Shown piece by piece: positions 1 to 8,632 of a DNA stretch of 45,509 nucleotides. The DNA lies in the NCBI GenBank assembly GCA_039798785.1, contig JBDKFG010000037.1, forward strand, positions 1 through 45,509, written 5' to 3'. The notes beneath the pieces were generated by a model. The model was not told where the DNA came from, made no database searches, and worked only from the letters and a program-made list of their open reading frames with translations. The position numbers and the translations under genes were made by a program. Each line of letters starts with the position of its first letter. The first letter of the stretch is position 1. This stretch comes from Verrucomicrobiota bacterium (GTDB taxonomy: Bacteria > Verrucomicrobiota > Lentisphaeria > Lentisphaerales > Lentisphaeraceae).

Positions 1-10
1 TGGGTTTCCT

Positions 11-69
11 TTCTGCGTTCATCTGCGTCTTCTGCGGTTGATTCCGTGTTCTCTGTGTCTTCCGTGGTT
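11..69. repeat. Short degenerate tandem repeats (TCTGCG-based, then TCCGTG/TCTGTG-based)
   Basis: TTCTGCGTTCATCTGCGTCTTCTGCGGTT followed by TTCCGTGTTCTCTGTGTCTTCCGTGGTT; ~9-10 nt period, intergenic. Confidence 0.55.
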
Positions 70-369
70 CCATTTCGATTCCGGCGGAGTCGGATTAGGG
101 AGTCAGGGAACTGGGGAGTCAAGGCAGTGCTTTGACTCCGACTCCCTGGAAACTGAAAAGCAGATTGAATGCATCTCAGTCCAAGCTCGATACGGTGTGA
201 TACAAGCCCGAATTTTCTTATAAAATTCTGGTTTGAAGCGTTTGCAAAGGATGGGGATGGAAGTTTATTGACGGCCCTCTTCCGGCCTAGCGATCCGGCG
301 GCGCCCCAGCGCGTCTCCCGAGAGCGGCCAGCAGAAGAGCCACAGCACATAAAACACTCGAGGTAAACA

Positions 370-681
370 ATGGCCAAACAGACCATTCGAATCCGACTCC
401 AGGCTTACGACCACCGCGTCCTTGACCAGTCCGCCGGCGAAATCGTCCGCACTGTCAAACGCGCTGGCGCCCGTATCGCCGGTCCGATTCCTCTGCCCAC
501 CCGCATCGAGCGGTTCACCGTGAACCGCGCTCCCCATGGCGACAAAAAATCCATGGAACAGTTCGAGATCCGCACCCACAAGCGCCTTCTCGACATCGTC
601 GAACCCACTCCCAAGAGCGTCGATGAGCTGAAAAAGCTCAACCTCCCCGCTGGCGTGGACATCTTGGTTAAGATCGACTGA
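370..681 (+). CDS. rpsJ: 30S ribosomal protein S10
   Basis: [45 protein letters not shown]. Confidence 0.98.
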   Translation: MAKQTIRIRLQAYDHRVLDQSAGEIVRTVKRAGARIAGPIPLPTRIERFTVNRAPHGDKKSMEQFEIRTHKRLLDIVEPTPKSVDELKKLNLPAGVDILVKID

Positions 682-692
682 GGAGCACAACA

Positions 693-1325
693 ATGTCCGG
701 CATTATCGGAAAAAAACTGGGCATGACCCAGGTCTATGATGACAAGGGCCGCTTGGTCCCCGTCACCGTCATCGAAGCGGGTCCCTGCCCCGTTCTCGAA
801 ACCCGCACCCAGGCCAAGAACGGCTACTCCGCCCTTCAGCTCGGCTTCGGCGCGAAGAAAGTCAAAAACGTCACCAAAGCTGTTCTCGGCCACCTCGCCA
901 AGACCGGCAATGAGAAGACCCCCCCGGCCGTCATCCGCGAGATCCGTCTCGCCGCCGACGCCAGCGTCGCTCCCGGCGCCGTGGTCACCGTGGAAAGCTT
1001 CAAGGACATCGGCTTCGTCGACGTCCAGGGCATGACCAAGGGCCGCGGCTTCATGGGCGTCGTCCGCCGCTACCGCTTCCGCGGCGGCCGCGCCTCTCAC
1101 GGCGGCGGCTGGATCCGTCGTCCCGGTTCGTCCGGCATGCGTGAATGGCCCGGTCGAGTCCTCGCCGGCAAGCGCTACCCCGGCCACATGGGCGCCGTCA
1201 CCCGCACCGTCCAGAACCTGCAGATCGTCCAGGTCCGTACTGAGGAGAACGTTCTCCTCGTCAAGGGCGCTGTCCCCGGTCACCGCAACGGCCTGGTGAT
1301 CGTCCGCAAGGCGATCAAGAAGTAA
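693..1325 (+). CDS. rplC: 50S ribosomal protein L3
   Basis: [27 protein letters not shown]; operon position. Confidence 0.98.
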   Translation: MSGIIGKKLGMTQVYDDKGRLVPVTVIEAGPCPVLETRTQAKNGYSALQLGFGAKKVKNVTKAVLGHLAKTGNEKTPPAVIREIRLAADASVAPGAVVTVESFKDIGFVDVQGMTKGRGFMGVVRRYRFRGGRASHGGGWIRRPGSSGMREWPGRVLAGKRYPGHMGAVTRTVQNLQIVQVRTEENVLLVKGAVPGHRNGLVIVRKAIKK

Positions 1326-1336
1326 GGAGCACCCAG

Positions 1337-1999
1337 ATGTCCAACACCCTGAAAATCTTTGATCAGAGCGGCGCCGCCAAAGGCGACTACTCGGTCAACC
1401 CCGCCTGGCTCGAATCCGAGAAGGGCGAGCAAGCCGTCTACGAAGCCGTCAACGCCTTCCTCGCCGGCATCCGTGCCGGCACCGCCTGCACCAAGACCCG
1501 CGGCGAAGTCTCCGGCTCCGGCGCCAAGCCCTGGAAGCAGAAAGGCACCGGCAACGCCCGTGTCGGCTCGAAGCGCTCCCCCATCTGGCGCGGCGGCGGC
1601 ATCGTCTTCGGACCCAAGCCCCGCTCCTACGCCCAGCACATCAACAAGAAAGTCAAGACCCTCGCTCTCCGCCGCGCCCTCTGGCAACGCGTCAGCGCCG
1701 GCGACGTCATCGTCGTCGAGGACTTCTCTTTCCCCACCATCAGCACCAAGGCCGCCAACCTCTTCCTCAAGAAGATCGGCGCCCCCAACCGCTCGCTGGT
1801 CATCCTCAACGACAACGTCGACACCGTCGAAGGCTTTGAAGCCGTCGCCAAGACCTGGCGCTCCTTCAACAACATCGGCGGCGTCGACCTCGTCCTCGCT
1901 TCCGAAGTCAACACCTACGAGATGCTCCTCGGCAAGAAAGTCGTCATCTCCAAAGGCGCGTTCGAGACTCTCGGCGCCCGCCTGAACAAGGAGGCCTGA
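1337..1999 (+). CDS. rplD: 50S ribosomal protein L4
   Basis: [37 protein letters not shown]. Confidence 0.98.
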   Translation: MSNTLKIFDQSGAAKGDYSVNPAWLESEKGEQAVYEAVNAFLAGIRAGTACTKTRGEVSGSGAKPWKQKGTGNARVGSKRSPIWRGGGIVFGPKPRSYAQHINKKVKTLALRRALWQRVSAGDVIVVEDFSFPTISTKAANLFLKKIGAPNRSLVILNDNVDTVEGFEAVAKTWRSFNNIGGVDLVLASEVNTYEMLLGKKVVISKGAFETLGARLNKEA

Positions 2000-2002
2000 T
2001 CC

Positions 2003-2284
2003 ATGAGCCACTATCAAACCATCCAGTCCGTCATCCTCTCCGAGCGCAGCAACGCCCTCGCCGAGAAGAGCAACAAGTTCACCTTCAAGGTCGCCCCGTC
2101 GGCCAACAAGGTCGAAATTGCCAAGGCGGTCAAAGCCCTGTTCGGCGTCGAAGTCGCCGCGGTGAACACCATGAACTATGCCGGCAAAGCCAAGCGTCAG
2201 CGCACCGCCGCCGCCGGTTATCGTTCTGATTGGAAGAAAGCCGTGGTTACGCTCAAGCCCGGCCAACAGCTCAACCTGATCTGA
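2003..2284 (+). CDS. rplW: 50S ribosomal protein L23
   Basis: [37 protein letters not shown]. Confidence 0.97.
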   Translation: MSHYQTIQSVILSERSNALAEKSNKFTFKVAPSANKVEIAKAVKALFGVEVAAVNTMNYAGKAKRQRTAAAGYRSDWKKAVVTLKPGQQLNLI

Positions 2285-2294
2285 GAGGCATACC

Positions 2295-3119
2295 ATGGGC
2301 CTGAAAATCTACAATCCCTACACCAAGTCGCAGCGTCACGCCATCTCCCGTGACTTCAGCGAAATCACCCGCAGCACCCCCGAGAAGTCGCTCCTCGAGA
2401 GCCAGCACTCCTCCGGCGGCCGCAACAACGAAGGCCACACCACCACCCGCTTCCGCGGCGGCGGCGTCAAACAAGCCTACCGCGTCGTCGACTTCCGTCG
2501 CGACAAGGACGGCGTGCCGGCCAAGGTCGCTCACATCGAGTACGACCCGAACCGCACCGCCAACATCGCCCTGCTCCACTACGTGGACGGCGAGAAGCGC
2601 TACATCATCGCTCCCGATGGTCTGGTCCAGGGCGCCACCGTCCTGTCCGGTGACAAAGCCGAATTCAAACCCGGCAACGCCACCATCCTCAAGCGCATCC
2701 CTGATGGCGTCTTCGTCCACAACATCGAGCTCGAGCCTGGCAAGGGCGGCAAGCTGGTCCGCTCCGCCGGCCAGTTCGCCATCCTCCGCGCCAAAGAAGG
2801 CGACTTCGCTCAGATCAAACTCCCCTCGGGCGAAGTCCGTTTGATCAGCCTCCTCTGCAAAGCTACCATCGGCACCGTCGGCAACGCCGAACACGCCAAG
2901 ATCAAGCTCGGCAAGGCCGGCGCCAAGCGCTACCTCGGCAAGCGCCCCCACGTCCGTGGTGTCGCGATGAACCCGGTCGACCACCCCCACGGTGGTGGTG
3001 AAGGCCGTACCTGCGGCGGCGGTCACCCCCGCTCTCCTTGGGGCCAGCTTGCCAAAGGCAAGAAGACCCGCAATCCCCGCAAGGTCTCGCAGAACCAGAT
3101 CGTCTCCCGGAGGAAATAA
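2295..3119 (+). CDS. rplB: 50S ribosomal protein L2
   Basis: [33 protein letters not shown]. Confidence 0.99.
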   Translation: MGLKIYNPYTKSQRHAISRDFSEITRSTPEKSLLESQHSSGGRNNEGHTTTRFRGGGVKQAYRVVDFRRDKDGVPAKVAHIEYDPNRTANIALLHYVDGEKRYIIAPDGLVQGATVLSGDKAEFKPGNATILKRIPDGVFVHNIELEPGKGGKLVRSAGQFAILRAKEGDFAQIKLPSGEVRLISLLCKATIGTVGNAEHAKIKLGKAGAKRYLGKRPHVRGVAMNPVDHPHGGGEGRTCGGGHPRSPWGQLAKGKKTRNPRKVSQNQIVSRRK

Positions 3120-3122
3120 ACC

Positions 3123-3383
3123 ATGGCCCGCTCCATCAAGAAAGGTCCCTTCGTCGACCTGCACCTTCAGGCGAAAGTCGACAAGGCCACCGCCGGCAAG
3201 ACCATCAAGACCTGGTCTCGCCGCTCCATGATCCTCCCGGACATGGTTGGCATCACCTTCGAAGTGCATAATGGCAAAGGCTTCACCACCGTGTTCGTCA
3301 CTGACAACATGGTCGGTCACCGCCTTGGCGAATTCGCCGCCACCCGCACCTTCAAGGCTCACGGTGTCGTCTCCGGTAAGTAA
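3123..3383 (+). CDS. rpsS: 30S ribosomal protein S19
   Basis: [33 protein letters not shown]. Confidence 0.98.
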   Translation: MARSIKKGPFVDLHLQAKVDKATAGKTIKTWSRRSMILPDMVGITFEVHNGKGFTTVFVTDNMVGHRLGEFAATRTFKAHGVVSGK

Positions 3384-3412
3384 TTGCCAAGACGCCCGCG
3401 CCAGCGGAACAG

Positions 3413-3445
3413 AAACGGGCTCCCTTCACCGGGAGCTCGTTTTTT
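3413..3445 (+). terminator. Rho-independent terminator after rpsS
   Basis: AAACGGGCTCCC-TTCACC-GGGAGCTCGTTT stem-loop (one G-U pair) running into a T6 tract. Confidence 0.85.
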
Positions 3446-3777
3446 GCGACCGGTCTCAGTCGGATTGCAGGATCACGGCTAGGGATTCCAAGCTTAATAC
3501 GGTGGGATACACGTCGTTTTCTTGCGGTCTGCGCAAGTCATCTTTCATCCTGCAAAACCCGGGTTGTGAGTTGATGGGATGAAACACAGGCCGTTAATTT
3601 TCAGGATGGCACTTCGCAGATTGTCGGGGCCTGCGCAGCTAGTGCTCCGCGCCCTAAATTCCCCCCGCATGTGATGCGGACAGGAGGTGGCGCGGAAGAC
3701 TCGCGAATCCCGATGGCGATCAGAGTTTGAGCTTCTTGAGGGCCTCCTAATTAACCTCCTGCGCTGCCGGCTTTGAC

Positions 3778-5043
3778 TCAGGCTGGCTTTTTCAGGAGCC
3801 GGCTGCTTGATGATGACCAGTCGTAAGGCTGGGCCCGCTTGTTGTGGTAGGCGATGTAGCCCTCAAGCCGCTCCTGCAGCTCCTCGAGATTTTCGAAGCT
3901 GGCCCGACACAAGGCGTGACGCTGCAAGATGCCGAACCAACATTCGATCTGATTTAGCCAGCTGCAGTGCTTGGGCGTGTACTGGAAGCGGATGCGGCGC
4001 TCAGAGTTCTCGAGGAAGGCCATCCGGCTTTCCAGGTCCTTGAGAATGCCGGACTTCCCTTTGACGCCGATCTCCTCAGGACTGAGCTCGAGTCTCTCCA
4101 TTTCCATCACCAGCAGGCACAGGGACTCCGACTTGTGGGTGTTGAGCTGGTCGACGATGAAGACCCATTTCTCTTGCGGCTTGGTGGCGACCGTCAGGCG
4201 GATGAACTCGGCGAAATCCCGCTCGGTGCGGGTCTTGCCGATGGTGTGGCTGCAGATGGCGCCGGTGGCGACCATCAGACCGGCGATCAGGCAGAGGGTG
4301 CCGTGGCGGGTGTATTCGTACTCGAGCTTGGTGGTTTGACCCGGCGCTGTTGGTTTATCGGGGGCGTTACGCTCAAGCGCCTGGGTGCCGGTCTTCTCAT
4401 CGCAGCAGACGACGTTGACGCCTTGCTTGGCGAGCTCCCCAGCTTCGGCGTAGAGTTTGATGACCTCCTTGCATCGCGGCTCGAACTCCGGCGTCCCCCG
4501 ATCGGCCGAGTTCAGCCAGTACTTGCTGCGGTGCGGCTTGACCTCGGCCCGCCGCAGGATCTTGCCGATGTGGGAGGCGCTGATATCGGCGACGATCTTC
4601 TGCGCGATGACGGTTTCGCGGAGCAGCTCGTGATTCCAACGGGAGAAGGGCAGGCCATAGGTCTTGGGCTGTTCGCAGGCGATCTTGATGATGGCAGCGA
4701 CCTGCTCCGCGGTGAACGCCGCCGGGGCGCCGCAGCGAGGCTTGTCGCGCAGAGCCTTGTGGATGATGGCGCGGATTTTTTTGATGTCGAGGCTAGGCGC
4801 GGCCAGCTCGGCGAAGCAGGAGTTCATCCAGGCGAGGCGGATCTTCAATTCGCGCATCTTCAGGCCGGATAGCCAGCGCAGGCTGTTGAGATGCCAGCCT
4901 TGGATCGCTCGCAGCGCGTATTCGGCGCGCGCGATCTCGCAAGCGGGCTCGGTTCGGCTGGCGGCGATTTCCCGCAGCACGTCGATGGCTTTCATCTGAT
5001 GTTGATCTGGAATCACAACAGCTTTCCCATTAATAACTTTCAT
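3778..5043 (-). CDS. IS630-family transposase (HTH + DDE), single ORF of ~421 aa
   Basis: CCDEKTG, YEYTRHGT, VDQLNTHK, YTPKHCSWLNQIECWF. Start placed at ATG 5043 (MKVING) with AAGGTGA RBS rather than the ORF-track start 5136. Confidence 0.92.
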   Translation of the reverse strand: MKVINGKAVVIPDQHQMKAIDVLREIAASRTEPACEIARAEYALRAIQGWHLNSLRWLSGLKMRELKIRLAWMNSCFAELAAPSLDIKKIRAIIHKALRDKPRCGAPAAFTAEQVAAIIKIACEQPKTYGLPFSRWNHELLRETVIAQKIVADISASHIGKILRRAEVKPHRSKYWLNSADRGTPEFEPRCKEVIKLYAEAGELAKQGVNVVCCDEKTGTQALERNAPDKPTAPGQTTKLEYEYTRHGTLCLIAGLMVATGAICSHTIGKTRTERDFAEFIRLTVATKPQEKWVFIVDQLNTHKSESLCLLVMEMERLELSPEEIGVKGKSGILKDLESRMAFLENSERRIRFQYTPKHCSWLNQIECWFGILQRHALCRASFENLEELQERLEGYIAYHNKRAQPYDWSSSSSRLLKKPA

Positions 5044-5049
5044 ATTTTT

Positions 5050-5103
5050 ATCGTCACCTTTATTCGGGGTTTGAAAGGTGACGATTGATAGAGTAAATTT
5101 ACT
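5050..5103. promoter_or_regulatory. Inverted repeat over the transposase RBS plus a 12-bp palindrome in an AT-rich divergent promoter region
   Basis: ATCGTCACCTTT (5050-5061) / AAAGGTGACGAT (5074-5085) perfect IR; AGTAAATTTACT palindrome at 5092-5103; TATAAT at 5105-5110. Confidence 0.55.
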
Positions 5104-5204
5104 ATATAATACAAGCGATTTATGGAGAAATCTCAAGCTTGAAGCGAGCTTGAAGCACAGTGCGGAGTAGGGTGCAGAAAGAATCGTATGGAGGGAGGAG
5201 CAAA

Positions 5205-5414
5205 ATGGGTTATCGAGTCAAGCTGCAGAAGGTCGAACGACCGACCAACAAGTCCTATTACCTGAATTTCCCGGCGGCGATCGCCGAGGCTCTTGGCGCC
5301 GAGAAAGGTGAGGAGTTTGAGTGGGAAATCGAGGACAAGAACACCCTCATTCTAAGGCGTGTCGAGCCTCTGCCTCCGCGAAAGTCAGGTGCCAGCAAAA
5401 AAGCCGCCGAGTAG
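5205..5414 (+). CDS. AbrB/MazE/SpoVT-family DNA-binding protein (69 aa)
   Basis: MGYRVKLQKV..SYYLNFPAAIAEALGAEKGEEFEWEIEDKNTLILRR swapped-hairpin pattern; GGAGGAG RBS before ATG 5205. Confidence 0.8.
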   Translation: MGYRVKLQKVERPTNKSYYLNFPAAIAEALGAEKGEEFEWEIEDKNTLILRRVEPLPPRKSGASKKAAE

Positions 5415-5426
5415 ACTCGGCGGCTT
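5401..5426. terminator. Perfect 11-bp hairpin overlapping the AbrB stop, near the IS end
   Basis: AAGCCGCCGAG-TAGA-CTCGGCGGCTT preceded by an A-run, so terminator-like on the - strand. Confidence 0.5.
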
Positions 5427-5590
5427 GCAGTCAACTAAGGAGCGGAGCACTAGGTTGATTCGGTGTTTACTCTTCGCGAGGAGCGGCGGTCTCGGCGGGG
5501 TTTTTCGAGCCAGAGCGGCGGCGGGGCTGGCCGCGCCGCAAAAGAGAATTAGCTTCTCGGCCCAATCAAATTCCGACCCGAAGAGACTGC

Positions 5591-5941
5591 ATGAGCTCCC
5601 TTGTTCCCGACGCCGATGTCTTCGACCGCTTCTTCCGCGAAGCGGCGGATTATCTGCCGCCGAGCCACCGTCGCCAAAAGACCGAAATCATCCTTCGTCT
5701 CGCGGCGCAGCTGTGGAACGCCGTCGTCCGCGAAGCCGAGGCGCCCGAGGCCCTCACCCAAATCCTCGACAGCGCCCGCCGCGATCCGACTTTCTTCTCC
5801 TGGTGCCTCGAGGTCGAAGCCCTGAAACGAATGAAATATTCCGAGCAGAGCTGGCTCGTCCGGATCGAAGTCGAAGACCGCCAGGGCCGCCTCCTGGTCA
5901 CCGTCAAGACCGCACCTTACGCCGCTCCGGGGCCTGCATGA
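5591..5941 (+). CDS. Hypothetical protein (116 aa), translationally coupled to the SecA-like gene
   Basis: Host-like codon usage; ATGA overlap with the next start at 5938. Confidence 0.65.
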   Translation: MSSLVPDADVFDRFFREAADYLPPSHRRQKTEIILRLAAQLWNAVVREAEAPEALTQILDSARRDPTFFSWCLEVEALKRMKYSEQSWLVRIEVEDRQGRLLVTVKTAPYAAPGPA

Positions 5942-7974
5942 GCTCAATCACCCTCAGCACCGGCACGGCGGTCAAGACGGAATCGCCCCTGCCCGCCGGC
6001 CTCGACAACAGCTACTGGCGCTACCTCAGCTACGCCAACGAGCCCGAGCCGCTGCCCACCGGCCTCGACAAATTCTACTCCGATTGCATCGGCTGGTTCG
6101 CCTCGCTGAAGCCGCGCCAGACCCTCTACCTCCGCGAAGCGGCGGTGATCATGAAGGACGAAGAGATCTACATGAAGTGGACCGAGCGGCAATTGCGGGA
6201 AGCGCTCGGCCCCTTCGTCGAAGCAGCCCGCCGCGGCCGTCTCGAAGGCCAGATGCGGCAGCAGGCGGTCGCGGTCCTCCGCGAAATCACCTTCCGCAGC
6301 CTCGGCAAGCGCCCCTACCTGGTCCAGGTCGCCGGCTGCCTTGCCCTCCACGACGGCCTGGTCGTCCAAATGGCCACCGGCGAAGGCAAGTCGCTCACCT
6401 GCGCCCTCGCCGCCACCCTGATGGGCTGGGGCGGCCGCGGCTGCCATGTGATGACCACCAACAACTATCTCGCCTGCCGCGACGCCGAAGAGCTCGAGCC
6501 GCTCTTCGCCTTCTGCGGCGTCAGCGTCGCCGGCATCGCCGATGACGACCAGGGCGAAAAACGCGCCGCCGCCTACCGCGCCGACATCACCTATTGCACC
6601 AACAAGGACGTCGCCGCCGACTTCCTGCGCGACAAGATGATGCTCGGGGCCAAAAGCAACCTCAACTCGCACCTCCTCAGCGCCGTCGACTCGGAAGCCA
6701 ACACCCATGTCGCCGGCCTCACCCTGCGCGGCCTCGAATGCGTCATCGTCGACGAGGCCGACTCGGTCCTCATCGACGACGGTTGCGTCCCCTTGATCAT
6801 CTCCAGCGACGGCGGCGAAGGCATCCCGGCGCAAGAGCTCTACAATTTCGCCCGCACCGTCGCCGAGGCCTTGCCGCCCGAGTCCTACACGGTCAGCCGC
6901 AAAAACCGCTCGGTCGAGCTGCTGCCCGCCGCCTGCAAACGGATCGAGGAGCTCACCAAGGGCCAGCCCGGTCCGTGGAAGTCGCGCCGCCGCCGCGAAG
7001 AACTGGTCAGCATGGCCCTCGAGGCGAAGTTCTTCTTCAAGCGCGACGAGCAATATGTCCTGATGGACGGCAAGGTGGTGATCGTCGACGAATCCACCGG
7101 CCGGCTTCAGCCCGACCGCTTCTGGCGCGCCGGGGTGCACCAGTCGGTCGAATGCAAAGAGGGTGTAGAGGTCTCGGCCGACAAGGAGACCTGCGCCCGC
7201 ATCTCCTTCCAGAAATTCTTCCGTCTCTACCGCAAGCTCAGCGGCATTTCCGGCACGATCACCGAGACCCGCGGCGAGATCTGGTCGACCTATCATCGCT
7301 GCATCGTCGCCATCCCGACCCACAAGCCCTGCATCCGCAAGTTCGAAGGGACGCGGGTCTATGCCGACGAAGAGGGCAAGCTGGCGGCCATCGCCGGGGC
7401 GGTGATCGAGGCACACGCCCTCGGCCGTCCTGTGCTGGTCGGCACCGCGTCGATCCGCGAGTCGGAGCTGGTCGGCAAGCTTCTCGAGGAGCGCGGCGTC
7501 AAGCACGAGATTCTCAACGCCCTCCGCCACAAGGAGGAGGCGGAGATCGTTAGCCGGGCCGGCCTGCTCGGCGCGGTCACCATCGCCACCAACATGGCCG
7601 GACGCGGCACCGACATTAAGCTTGGCAAAGGCGTCCGCGAGCTCGGCGGCCTGCTGGTCCTGGCCTCCGGCCTTTTCGCCAACCAGCGGATCGACCGGCA
7701 GCTTTACGGCCGCTGTTCTCGCCAGGGCGATCCGGGGTCGGTCCAGGTCTTCCTGTCGCTCGACGACGAGCTGCCCCGGGCCCAGACGCCGCTTTTGCGT
7801 TACGCCGCCAAACCCCTTGCCAGGGTCCTGCCCCAAGGCCCCTGGTTGCGGCCGGTCTTCACCCACGCCCAGACCCGCCTCGGCCGCACTCAGAGGGCGC
7901 AGCGCGACCAGGTGCTGCAGTCGGACCAGTGGCTCGAATCGATGCTCGGCTTCACCGGCGGCGGCGGGGCCTGA
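5938..7974 (+). CDS. Short SecA paralogue (SecA2-like, 678 aa) lacking the C-terminal scaffold/wing/CTD
   Basis: QMATGEGKS, ADITYCTN, VDEADSVLID, VVIVDESTGR, ATNMAGRGTDI, RIDRQLYGRCSRQGDPG; the protein ends ~70 aa after SLDD. Confidence 0.88.
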   Translation: MSSITLSTGTAVKTESPLPAGLDNSYWRYLSYANEPEPLPTGLDKFYSDCIGWFASLKPRQTLYLREAAVIMKDEEIYMKWTERQLREALGPFVEAARRGRLEGQMRQQAVAVLREITFRSLGKRPYLVQVAGCLALHDGLVVQMATGEGKSLTCALAATLMGWGGRGCHVMTTNNYLACRDAEELEPLFAFCGVSVAGIADDDQGEKRAAAYRADITYCTNKDVAADFLRDKMMLGAKSNLNSHLLSAVDSEANTHVAGLTLRGLECVIVDEADSVLIDDGCVPLIISSDGGEGIPAQELYNFARTVAEALPPESYTVSRKNRSVELLPAACKRIEELTKGQPGPWKSRRRREELVSMALEAKFFFKRDEQYVLMDGKVVIVDESTGRLQPDRFWRAGVHQSVECKEGVEVSADKETCARISFQKFFRLYRKLSGISGTITETRGEIWSTYHRCIVAIPTHKPCIRKFEGTRVYADEEGKLAAIAGAVIEAHALGRPVLVGTASIRESELVGKLLEERGVKHEILNALRHKEEAEIVSRAGLLGAVTIATNMAGRGTDIKLGKGVRELGGLLVLASGLFANQRIDRQLYGRCSRQGDPGSVQVFLSLDDELPRAQTPLLRYAAKPLARVLPQGPWLRPVFTHAQTRLGRTQRAQRDQVLQSDQWLESMLGFTGGGGA

Positions 7975-8015
7975 GGACGATCGGAATTCACCACGAAATC
8001 TGAAGAGTCAAATAT

Positions 8016-8510
8016 ATGAACGACAAGATCACCCATGCGATCAGCACAGTCACCATTATTGGATTGGCTGCCTTTTCATTTTTATCCCATCAAGCGGCAA
8101 AGCAAAAACTTGCCGAAGTCAATTCGCAAGGAATGTGGATTAATTACTCCGAGCAAGTTCACTTTGAAGAGTTGCTCCAAGCCAAGAAAATTGTCATTTG
8201 GATAGATCAAGGAACGGAAATTGAAAAGCAAATCGGAGAATTTCGAGTTACTCTCAAGAAGTTGACTATGGAGCAGTGGCTTCAAGACGAATTTTCAAAA
8301 TCTGATGTGCAAAGAATGGCGATCGCTCATCAAAACAGCGCGGTCCTCCAATATCTCGCTCATGTTCACGATAAAAAATTTCCTCAGGAAACCCAAGAAA
8401 TTCTGGATATGTGGAACAAAAACACTAGTGGGCCACAAAAAATTTATATAAACTTCGACATAAAACAAATTCGCGACAGCGGCGCCATTAATTTGTACAA
8501 AAAATATTAG
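8016..8510 (+). CDS. AT-rich hypothetical protein with an N-terminal membrane anchor
   Basis: 164-aa ORF, hydrophobic N-terminus, visibly lower GC than its flanks. Confidence 0.7.
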   Translation: MNDKITHAISTVTIIGLAAFSFLSHQAAKQKLAEVNSQGMWINYSEQVHFEELLQAKKIVIWIDQGTEIEKQIGEFRVTLKKLTMEQWLQDEFSKSDVQRMAIAHQNSAVLQYLAHVHDKKFPQETQEILDMWNKNTSGPQKIYINFDIKQIRDSGAINLYKKY

Positions 8511-8583
8511 AAACTCATTTCTTGGCCTTCTTGGTGAATGTTGTTCACGCTCCGCCGAAAAGTAAGGCACTTCTTTTCTGACG

Positions 8584-8614
8584 AAACAAAGGCGGACCCG
8601 CGCGGTTCCGCCTT
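8584..8614 (-). terminator. Probable terminator of the decarboxylase gene
   Basis: AAGGCGGA...TCCGCCTT stem followed on the - strand by a TGTTT tract. Confidence 0.55.
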
Positions 8615-8632
8615 CCTGAATCGAATTCGGCC

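Larger units (their letters stand above)
3640..5452. mobile_element. IS630-family insertion sequence with a passenger AbrB-like gene
   Basis: Terminal inverted repeats TAGTGCTCCGCGCCCTA (from 3640) and TAAGGAGCGGAGCACTA (to 5452): first 11 bp perfect, imperfect beyond. Both ends lie in CTAG with a terminal TA, the IS630 target duplication. Encloses a DDE transposase. Confidence 0.8.

Noticed and set aside
5359..5937. 193-aa N-terminal extension on the SecA-like ORF (871 aa in the track)
   Set aside because: It crosses the IS end and overlaps the better ORF 5591-5941; it is Arg/Pro-rich off-frame sequence, and the ATGA-coupled start at 5938 is more plausible
5205..5941. AbrB plus the downstream ORF as a toxin-antitoxin pair
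   Set aside because: They are separated by a hairpin, the IS end and ~175 bp, and the downstream ORF shows no PIN/MazF/Doc motif
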